Assembly (NCBI GenBank): GCA_000708835.1
Contig: DF237351.1
Span: 20,813 to 84,812 of the forward strand
Direction: 5' to 3'
DNA: 64,000 nucleotides
Origin: Klebsormidium nitens
Lineage: Eukaryota; Plantae; Klebsormidiophyceae
How positions within the stretch are numbered: position 1 is the stretch's first letter; every line of letters starts with the position of its first letter. A program made the translations under genes and the position numbers. The notes under the pieces were generated by a model that did no database searches, was not told the origin of the DNA, and saw only the letters and a program-made list of their open reading frames with translations. This document shows, piece by piece, positions 60,261 to 64,000 of this stretch.

Positions 60261-62720
60261 ATGTCTCCCGTTAACGTCCTCGTCATCGGTGCCACTGGCT
60301 ACATTGGGCGGCACATTGCTCTGGCAGCCGCAGCGGCGCCTGAGGTTGGGGCATATGCCCTCATCAGCAAGGCGACAGCTGGCAAGCCCGAGAGGAAGGA
60401 GGTGCTGGAGCAGCTGCGCAGCGCCGGCGTCCAGTTTCTGGAGGTGAGCAAAGAACTCTCGCTTCAATCATGTGAGCTCTATATCTCTGCAGCAATCTCC
60501 TCTGGCAAGGATTGCTCTGGAGAAGCCATGGTTTTCCGGAAGTAGCTTTCCTTTGTAGCTAAGCAATGCTATCACTTACCTCTAACCTCAAGATGCAGTC
60601 ATACTTCTAATGCACCAGATTTATCTGAAGGTTTCCCAGTCTAATTTAAGGTTGGCCCTTTGCCAAATGGCACTTTCTGAGGAATAAAGCAGAGGGAATG
60701 TAGAACTTCAAAGTTGCAATAAGACTCACTACTAGCACTAAATTGTGTGTCCTGGTTTCTCCGCAGGGAGACTTGTACGACCACGCCAGTCTAGTTGCTG
60801 CTCTGAAGCAGGTGTCCATAGTCATCTCCACCGTCAGCTTTGCTCAGCTGGCGGACCAGACCAAGATTATTGATGCCGCCAAGGAGGCCGGGACCATCAC
60901 GCGGTTCCTACCGTCCGAGTTTGGGCTTAACCCCAGGTGAGAGCTCGCACCACTAGGTGCTCAAGATCCTCCTTAAAGTTAACTTAGTAATTGCTCACAG
61001 GAGTGTGGTTAGGAAGGCCTTCAAGTTCTAAACACTTACTTGGTGATAAGATCGGAATTCGGGTTGGGTGCAGAGTGGCTCCTCAAACAAGAGGCTCCAG
61101 CAGGGCGTGTTCTCTACCTCAAATTCTTATCTAGCGCTTCAGATACACATGCTTGCAATTAACAGTTCTAAGGTCAAGACTCTTTTGACCCGTTCCCCTC
61201 ACACTCACGCCATCCATTCTTTGTCAACAAGTCAGATGACATCAGCTGCTAACTCGAGAGTTATGCAAGTCTTTCCCTTCCTTGCTGTGTGCTCCCAATT
61301 GATCCTGCCTACCTGCCGCATATGCAGTGAGAAGACAATCGAAGCATTTGGGGAGCTCGCTACGCTCTGGGCAATCAAGAAGAATCTGCTTCCTGTGCTG
61401 GTCGAGTCAGGGATCCCTTACACACTCGTCTGGTCCAACGGCTTTGCGGGCTACTCTTTGCCGGGTCTCGGCGCGTTGGGGCCCCCGGTGACGGACGAAG
61501 TCACGGTGTTTGGCTCTGGGGACGTTAAGAGTGAGCGTTTGCAGACACTGCTAAAGATGATCGTATTAGGGTCGGCGGAACCAGATTCTGGTGCATCTGA
61601 ACCCCAATTCTTACTTGTGCATTGGGATGTTGCTGTCAATCTGATTTCCATACAAACCACAAAAAGTTTGACCTATCCTCTGCATTTGGCCGTATCGTCG
61701 TCTGGATAAGGCTCTAGTATTTCATACACAATCGCCCTTGTCATTGAGCGTTCCAAGCTTTGGCGTGTCCTGTCAGGAGGTGAAAGCTTTTAGTTTCGGC
61801 AAAAGAATTTCTGATCATCAGACATCGGTAGAGCTTTTGCGTTGTCCTTCCTGCAAGCATGACGTTAACTAATCAGAATTTGGAATTTCTCCGTCCAACC
61901 CCGACTTGACCTAGCAAAACCCTTAACCCCGTGCTAACCCGCTTGCAGGCGTCAATGTCGACGAGGGTGACATCGGGACGTACACAATTAAAGCAGCGCT
62001 CGACCCGCGGGCCGCCAACAAGACAGTTCACCTGGAGCCTCCGCAAAATTTTCTCACCCAAAACGAGCTGATTGCACTCGCGGAGAAGGCCCGGGGAAAG
62101 ACGTACAAGCGCAAGACGGTGTCGGCCGAGGAGCTTCTTCAGCAGTACAAAAGTGAGCAGCGGAACCAACAACGTGACTCTCACCAGCTTTCAGAACGAC
62201 TCCGATGAAATACTCAATACTTAGTAGGACTGAACTCGTTTCATCGTTTTTGTCAAAATGGGCCATGCGGCTTTCGTTGCTTCGCCAACGAGTGCTTCGA
62301 GACGTGTTGCAGAATCGGGCTGAGTATAGGCAGCACACGAACGTGAAAAGGCCATGCAATGCTTCGCCGAAGCGGCCACCTTTTGCTGTCTGCAACGCGC
62401 TTTTGCGAAGTGACTGCTTGCCGCAACCTTGTATGCTCTTGTCGCTTATAAAGGGGCGTCTCTCATCTGCCTAAGGAAAACCTGTTCTAGGGTGGCGCGA
62501 GCGTCAGGAAGCAGGAGATCGCGATCAAAGCGGACACAATGTCAGACTGTGCTTTTAATTTCTTTTGGCAGCTTTTGACCCGTCCATCAAGTTCCTGCCC
62601 TACCTCCACTACTCCATCTGGATCGCCGGTGACATGCTCCAGCCTCTGCCTGAAGGCCACGTGTCATCCGTCGACCTCTACCCGGACGTGGAGTATAAGA
62701 CGCTTGCTCAGCTTCTCTAG
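60261..62720 (+). CDS. IFR-like: Isoflavone reductase / PCBER-like NmrA-family reductase, about 302 aa, 5 exons
   Basis: Exons 60261-60443, 60767-60936, 61328-61530, 61949-62152 and 62572-62720 (909 nt). Motifs GATGYIG, GDLYDHASLVAALKQV, RFLPSEFG, conserved Lys in WAIK...GIPYTLVWSNGFAGY, DIGTYTIKAALDPR and LYPDVEY. Confidence 0.93.
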
Positions 62721-64000
62721 AAGTAGGTTTAGCTTTGGTGCCGTTGGATAATAATACGTCTAAATAGTAGCGGTGCGTTTGTATTCCAATCGATCCTTGA
62801 CAATGTGTACAGCCTTACTTGGTACTAATACCTTCCAAGAAAGCCTGGTCCGAGGAGTCGAGCTCGGGGCTTAGTTCAGCCGGTCTCGAAAAACTTATAA
62901 CTTAGTTGCACTGGTCGAGTCGTTCGTGGACTCGCGATAGTTACTAGGATTAAGTCGATGGTGGTTTCAAAAAATACTGCTATTACCAGGTTCTTGTGAG
63001 CGTCGGAGCTGTTGCTGTAAGATAGTATTGATACTGTAGTGGGCTGAGACACTTGTGTTGTAAAAGTAGCTCGATCGTGACAGTCAATTGTAAGCAATTG
63101 GAAAACATTTTCGTGAAATTTCGTATCTGTACAAGAAACCGCAGTGATATATACGATTGCCTTGGCACTTCTCTCAACACGCTCTCATATGTTCTTGGAC
63201 TTGGTTTCTTGCAACATCCGCATATGAGCACACCCGTTTGCATTTGCAATCCATGCATATCGCTTATTGTTCGCGGCCGGCGCAATGATGCAATAGACTC
63301 GACCTTGGACATCCATTCAATATCGTGTCAATCGGACCTTGGGCGCCGTCCTACTACGAGAAATTAGCGAAATTAGCGAATGTTTCTGATGCGAGCGCTC
63401 GTGTGTGCATTAAATGGCATGTCGGCCTAGCTTCACTGACTACTATGCAATGTACGTTTCCGGACAGCCGGACCCAAAATGACTTGAGGATCCGAGGACC
63501 CAGCAAAAACTGCCTTTGATATGAGAATTCCCATTCATGATCGTTATAAATGATGCTGCCTCTGAGTCGAGAGGAGAAAGATATCTAACATAGGTAGTAC
63601 TAGTACCGGTATTATGAAATTGCAGCGTGCTTGTGAGTGATGTCCGAAAATCGAGGGCTGTAGAGCCGCGCTGCTCACGCTGCTCCCCAGCTAGCCGGGA
63701 TCCCTTCGAAGCCGGCCATTCATTGAACGGCACCGGCGCGCGTCCGCGCTAATTAATGACTCCGCGGCCGCCGCAATAACTTGAAGGTACGCACCGTAGG
63801 CGGACGGTACTGACGTCCAACATATACGACCTGCCATATGCATAAGTTATAAACTTACAGTATACGCGATTGGGACCCCTTCGAGAAGGCTTTCGAGACA
63901 CCAGTCGTCATGCCACACGCGCGTGCACTTTGGGCTGGCGTCAGCCCTGCTGGAGATTCCAAATTCACACGCATACAACACATACAACAGAACGAGTCTC

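Noticed and set aside
63084-63254. Cys-rich minus-strand frame with one in-frame TGA (RAC*EKC), a possible selenocysteine or zinc-finger relic
   Set aside because: Short, with no recognisable family, no evident SECIS and a second stop soon after.

Overview
Intron-rich eukaryotic nuclear DNA of moderately high GC, with plant-type genes and GT-AG introns. The gene content and style fit a streptophyte green alga such as Klebsormidium (inference, not confirmed). I assembled ten spliced gene models by hand with phase-consistent splice sites: ZW10 (-), indole-3-glycerol-phosphate synthase (+), mitochondrial phosphate carrier (+), TRIP4/RQT4-like zf-C2HC5 protein (+), a large hybrid histidine kinase (-), an RBM41/U11-U12-65K-type RRM protein (+, 5' end unresolved), an F-box/LRR protein (-), a DUF3598/BFA1-family protein (+), mitochondrial ribosomal protein mS26 (+), an mTERF protein (-) and an isoflavone-reductase-like NmrA enzyme (+); all but the RRM gene are near-complete. 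There are also two orphan ORFs. The most notable features not obvious from the ORF track are: (i) the palindrome TGACGTCA occurs at least 17 times (about 1 expected) across exons, introns and intergenic DNA, with GC-flank bias and CpG-decayed variants; (ii) a frameshifted TIR-domain pseudogene at 24.8-25.3 kb; (iii) a bacterial-style GAF/PAS hybrid kinase whose ATPase domain is split by about 320 disordered residues; (iv) a 39-bp imperfect hairpin, an AACGG (MSA-like) cluster, a decayed duplicated exon, a homology-supported GC-AG intron, and MITE-like inverted-repeat blocks. I recognised no rRNA, tRNA or CRISPR array.
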